From an uncultured Gammaproteobacteria bacterium (GTDB lineage Bacteria; Patescibacteriota; Patescibacteriia; Magasanikbacterales; GWA2-37-8), in the NCBI GenBank assembly GCA_964641245.1, contig CAZXML010000001.1, positions 229,460 to 293,459 of the forward strand: a stretch of 64,000 nt of DNA. Direction: 5' to 3'. Below, in pieces: positions 12,169-21,272 of this stretch. The notes under the pieces were generated by a model that saw nothing but the letters and a program-made list of their open reading frames with translations, was not told the DNA's origin and made no database searches. The stretch's first letter is position 1, and each line of letters begins with the position of its first letter. The position numbers were made by a program, and so were the translations under genes.

Positions 12169-14718
12169 ATGGATATTACTGTTATAACAGATTTTCTCAA
12201 CAATTTGCTGGCGAACAGTCTTTTTCTTTTATTATTTCCTCCCGCTTTTGGCCTAATTATTTTAATTTCTTTTTTATTTATTTTAAAATCAGTCTTTACG
12301 GCAAAAGGGCGCGAAAGCAAGGCTTTTCATAAAACAGTGCTGTTAATAAAAGTTCCTAAAGAAAAAAAGGGTGAAAAACCGGATTCAACCAGCGCGGAAG
12401 CCAATCTTAATCAAACCCGCGAAGAAGTAGCCGTGGCCGAAACTCTTTTCTCGGCCATAGCCGGTTTAAAAAGAGAAAGCGGTTTTATGGCCTGGTTGCG
12501 AGGCCGGAACGATCATGTTTCATTCGAAATTGTGGTAAAGGACAGCAAAATATCTTTTTATGTGGCCATGCCGGATAAAATTAAAGGTTTTCTGGAACAG
12601 CAAATTCACGCTCAATATCCTCATGCCGAAATCACCGAAGAACCGGACTACAATATTTTCAAACCGCAAAGCCATATTGTCGGCGCTTATCTTTGGTTAA
12701 AACACAAATCGGCTTTCCCGATTAAAACATACAAAAATCTGGAAGGAGACCCTTTGATTTCTCTGCTCAATCCGCTAAGTAAAATTCTGGAAGACGAAGG
12801 AGCTATAATTCAGGTTGTAGCGCGTCCGGCTACCACTAAATGGCGCAGTCAGGGTGTCCGCATGATTCGTGATATTAAAAAAGGAGAAAAATTTGAATAC
12901 GTTGCCAGACGCGGCAAAATAGGTCGCGCTATGGCCGGGTGGACAAAGGTAATTTTCCCAAAAAAGAAAGAGAACAGCGAACATCAAGGTGAAAAACAAT
13001 ACCAACTCACCCAAATGGAAGAAGAGATGGTGAAAAACATGGAAGAAAAAATAAGCCGGGGGGGACTGGAAACCACTATTCGATTGATAAGTTCGGCCAA
13101 CAGCAAAGAAAAGGCTGTGCTTAATCTGGAAAACATTATCAACGCTTTTAGTCAATATAATTTGTACCGCTACGGCAATACTTTTGCGGCCGCTGTTCCC
13201 CGCAAGCCCAACGCTCTCATCCGCGATTCTATTTACCGCACCATGCGTGAGGATAAATATATGGTTTTGAGTACGGAAGAAATGGCCGGTTTGTGGCACT
13301 TGCCTACTCCCAGCACCGAAACTCCCAACATCAACTGGCTGGGCGCGCGCAAGGCTCCGCCACCAACAAATATGCCCAAAGAAGGCATTATTTTGGGCCG
13401 GGCCGTATACCGCGGCGAAGAAACAGTCGTGCGCATGAAACGCGACGACCGGCGCCGACATTTATATACTATTGGTAAATCCGGTAGCGGTAAATCCGTA
13501 TTTATTCAAAATTTAGCTGTTCAGGATATTATTAACGGCGAAGGCGTTTGCGTTATAGACCCGCACGGAGATTTCGCCGAATATGTTTTACAGCACGTGC
13601 CAAAAGAAAGAGCCGAAGATGTTATTTATTTCAATCCTTCCGACACCGAACGTCCGATTGGTTTAAACATGCTGGAAATAAATACCGAGGAACAAAAAGA
13701 TTTTGCCACCCAGGAAATGATTGCAATTTTTTACAGACTGGTAACGGACCCAAGCATGATTGGCCCGATGTTTGAACACAATATGCGCAACGTAATGTTG
13801 ACTCTGATGGCCGACATGGTAAACCCAGGCACAATTGCCGAAATTCCCCGCATGTTTACCGATGATGATTTTGTAAAAGAATGGAAAGCGAAACTTACGG
13901 ACCCGATGGTACTGGCTTTCTGGGATAAAGAAATGGCCAAAACATCCGACTTCCATAAATCGGAAATGCTGGGTTATTTGATTTCTAAGGTGGGACGGTT
14001 TGTGGAAAACGCCATGATCCGCAATATCATCGGCCAGTCACACTCCGGGTTTAATTTCCGCGAAATAATGGATAAGAAAAAAATTCTGATTGTAAATTTG
14101 GCCAAAGGTTTGGTGGGAGAAATAAACTCCAACCTATTGGGTTTAATAATTGTTTCCAAACTGCAGATGACCGCATTGGAGCGCGCATCTATGCCGGAAG
14201 AACAACGCAATGATTTTTATTTATACATAGATGAGTTCCAAAACTTTATCACCGAATCTATTGCCACTATTCTTTCCGAAGCGCGCAAATATCGTTTGGA
14301 GCTTATCATTGCGCATCAATATATGAAACAACTGGAAGACAATAAAGGTAAAACCACTGTGCGTGATGCCGTTTTGGGAAATGCCGGCACCATAGTTTCT
14401 TTCCGTATTGGCGTAGAAGACGCGGAAATTTTGGCTAAAGAATTCGCTCCGGTGTTTAGCGCCTACGATTTGGTGAACGTGGAGCAATATACCGCTTACG
14501 CCAAACTTTTAATTGACAATACCGCCGCTAAGCCGTTTAATATGTTTACCTATCCGCCCCGTGCCGGCAACAAAGAGCTGGCTGCAGCCATCAAAGAACT
14601 CTCCAGGCTGAAGTACGGACGGCCCAGAGAAATTGTGGAAGCGGAAATAAATGAACGCGCGCAGTTGGGTGTAGCTGTGTCTGAAGGAGAAACGACTACG
14701 AGCGAGGCGACACTTTAA
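12169..14718 (+). CDS. VirD4/TraD-like (HerA/FtsK superfamily) coupling ATPase with N-terminal membrane domain
   Basis: RHLYTIGKSGSGKS Walker A, IDPHGD, LYIDEFQNF Walker B, SEARKY, AHQY. Confidence 0.88.
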   Translation: MDITVITDFLNNLLANSLFLLLFPPAFGLIILISFLFILKSVFTAKGRESKAFHKTVLLIKVPKEKKGEKPDSTSAEANLNQTREEVAVAETLFSAIAGLKRESGFMAWLRGRNDHVSFEIVVKDSKISFYVAMPDKIKGFLEQQIHAQYPHAEITEEPDYNIFKPQSHIVGAYLWLKHKSAFPIKTYKNLEGDPLISLLNPLSKILEDEGAIIQVVARPATTKWRSQGVRMIRDIKKGEKFEYVARRGKIGRAMAGWTKVIFPKKKENSEHQGEKQYQLTQMEEEMVKNMEEKISRGGLETTIRLISSANSKEKAVLNLENIINAFSQYNLYRYGNTFAAAVPRKPNALIRDSIYRTMREDKYMVLSTEEMAGLWHLPTPSTETPNINWLGARKAPPPTNMPKEGIILGRAVYRGEETVVRMKRDDRRRHLYTIGKSGSGKSVFIQNLAVQDIINGEGVCVIDPHGDFAEYVLQHVPKERAEDVIYFNPSDTERPIGLNMLEINTEEQKDFATQEMIAIFYRLVTDPSMIGPMFEHNMRNVMLTLMADMVNPGTIAEIPRMFTDDDFVKEWKAKLTDPMVLAFWDKEMAKTSDFHKSEMLGYLISKVGRFVENAMIRNIIGQSHSGFNFREIMDKKKILIVNLAKGLVGEINSNLLGLIIVSKLQMTALERASMPEEQRNDFYLYIDEFQNFITESIATILSEARKYRLELIIAHQYMKQLEDNKGKTTVRDAVLGNAGTIVSFRIGVEDAEILAKEFAPVFSAYDLVNVEQYTAYAKLLIDNTAAKPFNMFTYPPRAGNKELAAAIKELSRLKYGRPREIVEAEINERAQLGVAVSEGETTTSEATL

Positions 14719-14723
14719 TTAAT

Positions 14724-14790
14724 TGTCATGCTGAACTTGTTTCAGCATCTGCTTAAGAACGAAAGATCCTGAAACAAGTTCAGGATGACA
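14724..14790. repeat. Family-A element just upstream of dnaX
   Basis: TGTCATGCTGAACTTGTTTCAGCATCT...AGATCCTGAAACAAGTTCAGGATGACA. Confidence 0.9.
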
Positions 14791-14796
14791 TTGCGT

Positions 14797-16383
14797 ATGA
14801 GTACGATCTACCGTAAATACCGGCCTCAATTATTTAGTGATATTGTTGGGCAACAGCATATTATAAAAACGGTTATTAACGAAATAACTGCCGGTAAGAT
14901 AGCGCACGCCTATCTTTTTTGCGGTCCCCGCGGAACGGGGAAAACCACTTTGGCCAGATTGCTCGCCAAGTCCATAAATTGCGCAAACAGAAAAGAAAAA
15001 GACAGCGAGCCGTGCGGTACGTGTTCGTCGTGCGCGGAGGTTACAGACGGCCGCAATATAGATGTGATAGAAATAGACGCGGCGTCGCACACGGGCGTAG
15101 AAAATATGCGCGAAAATATTATAGAAAACGCGCAATTTAAACCCACCAAATCAAAATATAAAGTATTTATCATCGACGAAGTGCACATGCTTTCCACCGG
15201 CGCCTTTAACGCGTTACTTAAGACGCTGGAAGAACCGCCCGCCCACGTAATTTTTATTCTGGCCACTACCGAACAACAAAAACTACCGGCCACCATTATT
15301 TCCCGCTGTCAGCGTTTTAATTTCAAAAGAGTCGGCTATGAAGATATGATGAAACGTCTGGGCGAAATTTGTAAAAGTGAAAAAGTAAAAGTAGACAAAG
15401 AAGTTTTGGAACGCGTTATAAATAAAAGCGATGGCTGTATGCGCGACGCCGAAAGTTTGCTAGGGCAAGTATTAAGTTTGGATTTGAAGAGCATTAGCCC
15501 GGAAGACGCGGAAATGATTTTGCCCACCTCCGGCATTCAAACAGTGCTGGAGTTTATAAATTTTATTTTAGAGAAACAAACCGCGGAAGCCATAAAAATG
15601 ATTCAAAATCTGGTTTCAGACGGCGTGAACCTGGAACAATTTGCTTACGATACACTGGAGGCTCTGCGACTTCTTATGATTCTACAGGTTGATCCACAGG
15701 CCAAAAATATCAACACCGATTACAGCGATGAGGCTCTAAAATCACTCAAAAAAACCGGTCTTAAAATTTCCGCCCAACATTTGGTAAAAATGATTGAAGC
15801 GTTAATTATCCGACGTCGGGATATTAAGTCATCGCCAATGCCGCAATTGCCGTTGGAGCTGTTTGTGGTGGAGTTTACGTGCGCTCCTGACCGCCACTTC
15901 GACGACACACCGATTGTCATTCTGACGAAGGAAGAATCTATACCGATAAAAAAAAATAGTATAGATCCCTCGTCGGCTACGGCCTCGCTCGGGATGACAA
16001 ACAATACAATCACCCAAACCATAAAAGACACCATCTCCAACCTTACCCACAAGCAAATTAAAACCACTTTAGAGGACATAAAAGCAAAATGGAATGACGT
16101 TATCCGGGAAATTTCCAAGGAAAACCATTCCCTTAGTTTCATTTTAAAAATGAGCAATCTTTTGGCTGTAGACGATGATGGTCTTAAAATCTCCGTCCCC
16201 TACTCTTTCCACAAAGATAAGCTGGAAGAAAATAAAACCAAAAAAACCATAGAACAGACCCTGACGAACTTTTTTTCGGAACGCATATTTTTACAATGCG
16301 AGGTTGTAGAAAGCCGGGTACAAACAAATAACGATGACGACTTAAATAAATTGGCTGCGGACTTTGGAGGGAATGTTGTATGA
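14797..16383 (+). CDS. dnaX: DNA polymerase III subunit gamma/tau, with in-frame repeat insertion
   Basis: YRKYRPQ, GPRGTGKTT, EIDAAS, DEVHML, SRCQ; start refined to MSTIY. Confidence 0.96.
   Translation: MSTIYRKYRPQLFSDIVGQQHIIKTVINEITAGKIAHAYLFCGPRGTGKTTLARLLAKSINCANRKEKDSEPCGTCSSCAEVTDGRNIDVIEIDAASHTGVENMRENIIENAQFKPTKSKYKVFIIDEVHMLSTGAFNALLKTLEEPPAHVIFILATTEQQKLPATIISRCQRFNFKRVGYEDMMKRLGEICKSEKVKVDKEVLERVINKSDGCMRDAESLLGQVLSLDLKSISPEDAEMILPTSGIQTVLEFINFILEKQTAEAIKMIQNLVSDGVNLEQFAYDTLEALRLLMILQVDPQAKNINTDYSDEALKSLKKTGLKISAQHLVKMIEALIIRRRDIKSSPMPQLPLELFVVEFTCAPDRHFDDTPIVILTKEESIPIKKNSIDPSSATASLGMTNNTITQTIKDTISNLTHKQIKTTLEDIKAKWNDVIREISKENHSLSFILKMSNLLAVDDDGLKISVPYSFHKDKLEENKTKKTIEQTLTNFFSERIFLQCEVVESRVQTNNDDDLNKLAADFGGNVV
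15915..15999. repeat. Family-A element in frame inside dnaX (VILTKEESIPIKKNSIDPSSATASLGMT)
   Basis: TGTCATTCTGACGAAGGAAGAATCTA...TAGATCCCTCG...CTCGGGATGACA. Confidence 0.85.
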
Positions 16384-17210
16384 AGGTGAAATTGATTATT
16401 TTTATTTTTTCCGCAATGTTTTTAGTCCACCCTGTCATAATCGCCCGTGCGGCTGATTTTGTTAATCTTTCCGTGCCTTATGTGCCGGAAGCCCCGGATG
16501 GTTTAATGGTAAAACCGTGGAATAATTCCTGCGAAGAAGCTTCCACAGTTATGCTTGATGAATACTATTCCGGAAACAATGATAAGAGGCTTGCTAACGT
16601 AAAGGCAAAAAAATCAATTTTATTTTATATAGACATTGAAAATAAGCTTTTTGGATATAACAGCAACACTAACGCCGCCGAAATGACAAAAGTAATAAAC
16701 GGATACTCCAAATACTTTGAAGCTAAAATAAAAACCGACCCGACCCTGGATGAAATAAAAAATGAACTAAATTTAGGCCGTCCGGTGATTGCTCTGCTTT
16801 ACGGAAAAAACCTGAATAACCCCCGCATTCAATTTGCCCGGAGCGGTTCTTATTATCATACATTTGTAATAAAAGGCTTTGATGACGCCACCGAAGAATT
16901 TATTGTAAATGATAATGGCGACCTGAAAAAAGGCCTTGACTTGCGCTATAAATATGATACAATCTTAGGCGCTTTACGTGATTACAATCACAAGACGAAA
17001 TTAACGGAAAAGCCCGCAACTGCGCTGTTTACCAGTCAGAGAATGCTGGTAAAAACAAAGGATAGCGGACGAATTTATCTTATCAATGACAACAAAAAAC
17101 ACCATGTTTCTTCTCCACAATTGTTTAAAGACCGCAAATGGAAATGGAGCTTTGTGATGACGGTGGATAAATCATGGCTGGAGAAATTCCAATCAGGACC
17201 GGCAATATAG
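16380..17210 (+). CDS. Secreted peptidase C39-like protein
   Basis: Signal peptide, LSVPYVPEAP, CEEAS (Cys), YYHTFVIKGFD (His), IVND. Confidence 0.8.
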   Translation: MKVKLIIFIFSAMFLVHPVIIARAADFVNLSVPYVPEAPDGLMVKPWNNSCEEASTVMLDEYYSGNNDKRLANVKAKKSILFYIDIENKLFGYNSNTNAAEMTKVINGYSKYFEAKIKTDPTLDEIKNELNLGRPVIALLYGKNLNNPRIQFARSGSYYHTFVIKGFDDATEEFIVNDNGDLKKGLDLRYKYDTILGALRDYNHKTKLTEKPATALFTSQRMLVKTKDSGRIYLINDNKKHHVSSPQLFKDRKWKWSFVMTVDKSWLEKFQSGPAI

Positions 17211-17212
17211 AC

Positions 17213-17283
17213 TCCGAGGTGGTCTAATGGTAGGACAGCAGACTCTGAATCTGCTTATCTTGGTTCGAATCCAAGCCTCGGAA
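17213..17283 (+). tRNA. tRNA-Gln (CTG)
   Basis: Cloverleaf TCCGAGG...GCAGA-CTCTGAA-TCTGC...GGTTCGAATCC...CCTCGGAA; CCA not encoded. Confidence 0.93.
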
Positions 17284-17286
17284 CAT

Positions 17287-18138
17287 ATGTCTCAAATTAT
17301 CGACGGAAAACTCATTGCGGCAAAAATAGAGACGGAAATTGCTTCGCGCATTGAAGCTCTAAAACAAACGGGTATTACTCCAAAGTTGGCCGTTGTTTTG
17401 GTTGGCGAAGACCGGCCATCTCGGATTTATATCAAAAGAAAGAAAGAAGCGGCGGAACGTGTGGGTATTAATTTTGAATTACATGAATTACCGGAAGATA
17501 TAGAAAAAAACGAGCTTATTAAAACCGTACAAAAAATACAGCAGGATCCCCTGCTTACCGGACTGATAATTCAGCTTCCCCTGCCGGAGCGTTTGTATGT
17601 GCCGGAAGTACTTAACGCAATTAATCCAAATATAGACGTTGACTGTCTGACGGATTGCAATATCGGCAAGCTTGTAATGAAAACAAATTTGATTGAACCA
17701 CCAACTCCTTGGGCTGTCATTAAAACTTTAAAAGAAATTAATTTTGACTTGGCCGGAAAAAATGCCATTATTATCGGCACCGGCGCGCTGGTGGGCAAAC
17801 CTCTGGCCATAATGCTGGTAAACGAACTGGCCAGTGTAACCACCTGTAATAGCCGGACTAGAGATATAAAAAATAAATGCCTAAACGCGGATGTGATTAT
17901 TTCCGCTGTGGGCAAAAAAGATATTGTTACGGCCGATATGGTAAATGATGGCGCTGTGGTAATTGATACCGGTATTGTTTACGACAACGGAAAAATGCGC
18001 GGCGATGTTGATTTTGCCAATGTTTCTTCAAAAACCAGCTTCATCACTCCCACCCCGGGCGGAATCGGCCCCATTACCGTTGCCAAACTTCTTCTAAATA
18101 CCACTATTTGCGCGGAAAAGATAAACGGTATACTATAG
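17287..18138 (+). CDS. folD: Methylenetetrahydrofolate dehydrogenase/cyclohydrolase
   Basis: IIDGK, IIQLPLP, DVD, GKPLA, TPTPGGIGP; start refined past the tRNA. Confidence 0.95.
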   Translation: MSQIIDGKLIAAKIETEIASRIEALKQTGITPKLAVVLVGEDRPSRIYIKRKKEAAERVGINFELHELPEDIEKNELIKTVQKIQQDPLLTGLIIQLPLPERLYVPEVLNAINPNIDVDCLTDCNIGKLVMKTNLIEPPTPWAVIKTLKEINFDLAGKNAIIIGTGALVGKPLAIMLVNELASVTTCNSRTRDIKNKCLNADVIISAVGKKDIVTADMVNDGAVVIDTGIVYDNGKMRGDVDFANVSSKTSFITPTPGGIGPITVAKLLLNTTICAEKINGIL

Positions 18139-18152
18139 ATAAGGAGGCTGGT

Positions 18153-18350
18153 ATGGCGACAAAAAACTTGCCTTGCGGCAAAAAAGTTGGAATTGAGAAA
18201 GGCAATTGTGACGGCGAACTCATTCTAATTGACGGATCGCAGTCGCGCACTCGTGTGCGTTGCAATAAGTGCGGTAGGGTAGTTATTTTAAAAATGTCGT
18301 TACTGCAATTTGCCCAATTTTTGAAAGAAAAACAGGATTTAAAAAAGTAG
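18153..18350 (+). CDS. Small Cys-containing (Zn-ribbon-like) hypothetical protein
   Basis: AAGGAGG RBS; C...C...CNKC. Confidence 0.55.
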   Translation: MATKNLPCGKKVGIEKGNCDGELILIDGSQSRTRVRCNKCGRVVILKMSLLQFAQFLKEKQDLKK

Positions 18351-18372
18351 GCCCAAAGGCAAGGAGCTAACC

Positions 18373-18576
18373 ATGAAACCATGGCAAACAGACTGGCAGA
18401 TTGAAGTTCTTTTAGGAAAAGTGGTGATGCACGATTGCCTGTATTGCAACCAAAGAACAGTTTACCATCTGACCATAATTCTGGATGGAAAAACAAATTT
18501 TAAGCGCTACAAATGGCTGTGCAGTGTATGTGGAGGCGTGATCTATGAAAAGCTTGGATTATTTGAGCCAAATTAA
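18373..18576 (+). CDS. Small Zn-ribbon hypothetical protein
   Basis: AAGGAG RBS; CLYC...CSVC. Confidence 0.6.
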   Translation: MKPWQTDWQIEVLLGKVVMHDCLYCNQRTVYHLTIILDGKTNFKRYKWLCSVCGGVIYEKLGLFEPN

Positions 18577-18609
18577 GAGTTGACGGACTCTCCAAAACCG
18601 TCATTTTTT

Positions 18610-20013
18610 TTAGGCGAAAGGCAATTCTGCCAGCGGTGTTTCTTTCGGCTCTTCTTCCACAGCCTGTTGAACCCTTCTTTTTAACGGACTCTCGGTCATT
18701 TCTTCTATAGGCAAATTAATAGGCGGCTCGGCGCGTTTGCTGGCCGTTTTTTGTAATAGAGGGGCTTTAACCAACGGCAACGGGAAGTGCCACAAAGTAG
18801 CCAGCTCTTGGATATTTAATATATACGGATTTTTACCGGTTCTGATTTTTCTCTTTTTAAACGCGCTGACGAATCTTCTTTTAATTTCCAACGTGCGGTA
18901 ATCTCCAAAAGCATAATGAGCCTTGGTGGCCAGTACGGGTATGATAGCGTTGCGTCCGCTATAATTAAATTGATTCATAGCACCGATGAGGCCGTCCAGA
19001 CAACGGCTGGGATTGAATATTTCCTTTGGCGCGGCATATAAAACCCGGCACTTTATTTTGAAGCCGATTTTGGAAATTTTTTCTTCAATGGCCGCAACGG
19101 TATCTCTTACACCCGGAGTAAGGTCGGAAATTTTTCCGGGCATTTCTTCTTTTTTCTTAATAACCGGCCCCTCGGCCGGCGGACGGATGGCGTTTAAAAG
19201 CTCTTCCACGATAACATTAATAATTTTAAACAGAAAAAACTGCTCGGACACGTGCTTTTTATTGGTAATGATTTTTTTGATGAGCTCTATGCCTTTGGCT
19301 TTCCATGCTTCCGAAATCGGCTCTACAATAATTTGAAACCAAAGATTTTCTCCGGCGCCAATACGCGTAAAATTTTCCAAAATAGCGGCCATGGGGTCAT
19401 TGAATGTATAGTCGGGAGTAATACTGTGTTCAAATTCCGAGTAGGTTCGGATTGGGTATGGATCCGGAGCCGCTAGGCCAAATTCTAAACCGAAAATTTC
19501 GTGGGTTTCGTTTGGGTATTTGCCGGGAATAGCGCCGACATAATCCTCTACTTCGGTGATTTCGGCCATTGGATACTGGGCGTAAATGGCTGCTTCTACC
19601 AAATCTCGGTAATTGGCTTCGGTATAAATTAAAAATTGAATATAACCTTCTAAACTTATAATTTCCAAACTAAACCACCGCTGTTTTACTCCCTGCCAGT
19701 ATTTTTGCCCGATATTTGGCTCAAAAAGAGCGCCGCTAAGATGAGAAAAAATCTGTTCAACCGCTTTTGGGCTTTGAATGGTGTCTGTGGGAACATCAAC
19801 GGCCAGCACAATCCATTCCCATGTGCTTGTGTATTTTGCCTGCCGTACTTTAACCCAAAGTTCCATGCCCATAAAAAAGAAGATTAGGGCCACAATCGCC
19901 CACCCGACAATAGCAAAAATAGCCGACACTCTTTGGTCTGTTGGCAAATTTAAAATTTGGCTCCACAAGGAAAAATCTATAACAATGCCAAAAGGCAGTT
20001 CCGAAACCGGCAT
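18610..20013 (-). CDS. Conserved membrane protein homologous to the N-terminal region of the VirD4-like ATPase
   Basis: Shares SLEI...AQYP.AEITE..DY, PIRTY, EEKIS and LWHFP motifs with 12169..14718. Confidence 0.8.
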   Translation of the reverse strand: MPVSELPFGIVIDFSLWSQILNLPTDQRVSAIFAIVGWAIVALIFFFMGMELWVKVRQAKYTSTWEWIVLAVDVPTDTIQSPKAVEQIFSHLSGALFEPNIGQKYWQGVKQRWFSLEIISLEGYIQFLIYTEANYRDLVEAAIYAQYPMAEITEVEDYVGAIPGKYPNETHEIFGLEFGLAAPDPYPIRTYSEFEHSITPDYTFNDPMAAILENFTRIGAGENLWFQIIVEPISEAWKAKGIELIKKIITNKKHVSEQFFLFKIINVIVEELLNAIRPPAEGPVIKKKEEMPGKISDLTPGVRDTVAAIEEKISKIGFKIKCRVLYAAPKEIFNPSRCLDGLIGAMNQFNYSGRNAIIPVLATKAHYAFGDYRTLEIKRRFVSAFKKRKIRTGKNPYILNIQELATLWHFPLPLVKAPLLQKTASKRAEPPINLPIEEMTESPLKRRVQQAVEEEPKETPLAELPFA

Positions 20014-20014
20014 A

Positions 20015-20176
20015 TTATTTTTTTACAATGCTAAATACACCGCCGTAAATTATAAGGACACCAAAAATAGTCCACCACCAGCCGTATTGGCTGGATACCC
20101 AACCGCTATAATAGGCTAACGCGCAAATAATAGCCGCGCATAGCGCTACCATGTGTCGAATTGCATTATCGGACAT
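20015..20176 (-). CDS. Small 2-TM membrane protein (53 aa)
   Basis: My translation: MSDNAIRHMVALCAAIICALAYYSGWVSSQYGWWWTIFGVLIIYGGVFSIVKK; abuts the next gene's start. Confidence 0.7.
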   Translation of the reverse strand: MSDNAIRHMVALCAAIICALAYYSGWVSSQYGWWWTIFGVLIIYGGVFSIVKK

Positions 20177-20183
20177 ACAACTA

Positions 20184-20269
20184 AGTATTAAGTATTAAGT
20201 ATTACGTATAAAGTATTATGAATCAAATATCGCTTTTACCTTAATACTTAATACATGATACTTGATACA
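20184..20269. repeat. Inverted pair of AGTATTA heptamer arrays
   Basis: agtatta x3 plus variants, spacer, then taatact/tgatact array. Confidence 0.85.
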
Positions 20270-20348
20270 AGTAACTTTTATAATTATACCACACCCCATA
20301 AAACAAAACAAAACCCGCTTTTGGCAGGTTCTGCTATGAAATAAGGTA

Positions 20349-21263
20349 TTATGCTCTTCTGCGTTCTTGCCAATTATACACCACCACCAGGAGCGGGCTG
20401 GCGATGAAAATAGAAGAATAGGCGCCGCTGGCGATACCGATTAGTAAAGCTAGGACAAAATAATGGATACTGGCTCCGCCGATAATAAATAAGGCTATGA
20501 GCGGTAATAGAGTCTTGAAGGTTGTGTTAATGGAGCGCATTAAGGTTTGGTTTAAACCCATATTGACCACATCGGAAAAATTATCTCCGCCGTGTCTTTG
20601 CAGGTTTTCACGGATGCGATCGTACACCACGATTGTATCGTTAACAGAGTACCCCAGCACCGTAAGGATTGCGACTATGAAAGCGGTGTCTATCTCTACG
20701 CCTAAATATCTGCCCAACACGGCAAACACGCCCATTACCAGCAAAACGTCATGAAAAAGGGCCACAATGGCCAGCACGCCGTATTTCCAGCTGGCTACCG
20801 GCCGGGATACTTTTCTGAAGGCGTAGGCGACGTAAATGATTATACCCAGAAGAACAAATACAAAGGCATAAGACGCTTTTGACTTTAACTGACTGCTGAT
20901 AGAAGCGCCGATGGTTTGAAAACTGCCTTCATTAATTTGGTTGTCTTGTGTTTGTAGCTTGCTTTTGACTTCACCTAAAACGCGCTGATGTTCTTCTTCA
21001 GATAGAAAGTTTGTGCGGACAATAATTCCGTTATCCCCTGTTTTTTGAATGGAAGTATTTTTTAAATCCAACTCATCAAACACTTTTTGAATTTCAACTG
21101 TTTCCGGTCTGGTGGTAAAGGATAGTTCCAACAACGAACCGCCGGTGAAATCAATTCCCGGTTTTAAACCCCACATCGCCAGAAATACCACACAAACAAC
21201 GGTAATCAGTCCGCTGACTACCAACCACAACTTGGAATATTTTATAAATGGAATGTTTCTCAT
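20349..21263 (-). CDS. secF: Protein translocase subunit SecF
   Basis: GIDFTGG, HDV, GYSVNDTIVVYDRIRE. Confidence 0.96.
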   Translation of the reverse strand: MRNIPFIKYSKLWLVVSGLITVVCVVFLAMWGLKPGIDFTGGSLLELSFTTRPETVEIQKVFDELDLKNTSIQKTGDNGIIVRTNFLSEEEHQRVLGEVKSKLQTQDNQINEGSFQTIGASISSQLKSKASYAFVFVLLGIIIYVAYAFRKVSRPVASWKYGVLAIVALFHDVLLVMGVFAVLGRYLGVEIDTAFIVAILTVLGYSVNDTIVVYDRIRENLQRHGGDNFSDVVNMGLNQTLMRSINTTFKTLLPLIALFIIGGASIHYFVLALLIGIASGAYSSIFIASPLLVVVYNWQERRRA

Positions 21264-21272
21264 AGGGGCGAA

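Noticed and set aside
12169-14718. Conjugative element or ICE around the VirD4-like ATPase
   Set aside because: No relaxase, integrase, VirB4 or att sites; composition and neighbours are chromosomal.
17227-17286. N-terminal extension of folD in the ORF track, and ORF 27308..27565
   Set aside because: Both are translations through tRNA-Gln genes.
18153-18576. Small Zn-ribbon ORFs as the Trm112 partner of the Trm9-like enzyme
   Set aside because: They lack the LxCP...YPIxDGIP pattern of Trm112/YcaR and are 26 kb away.
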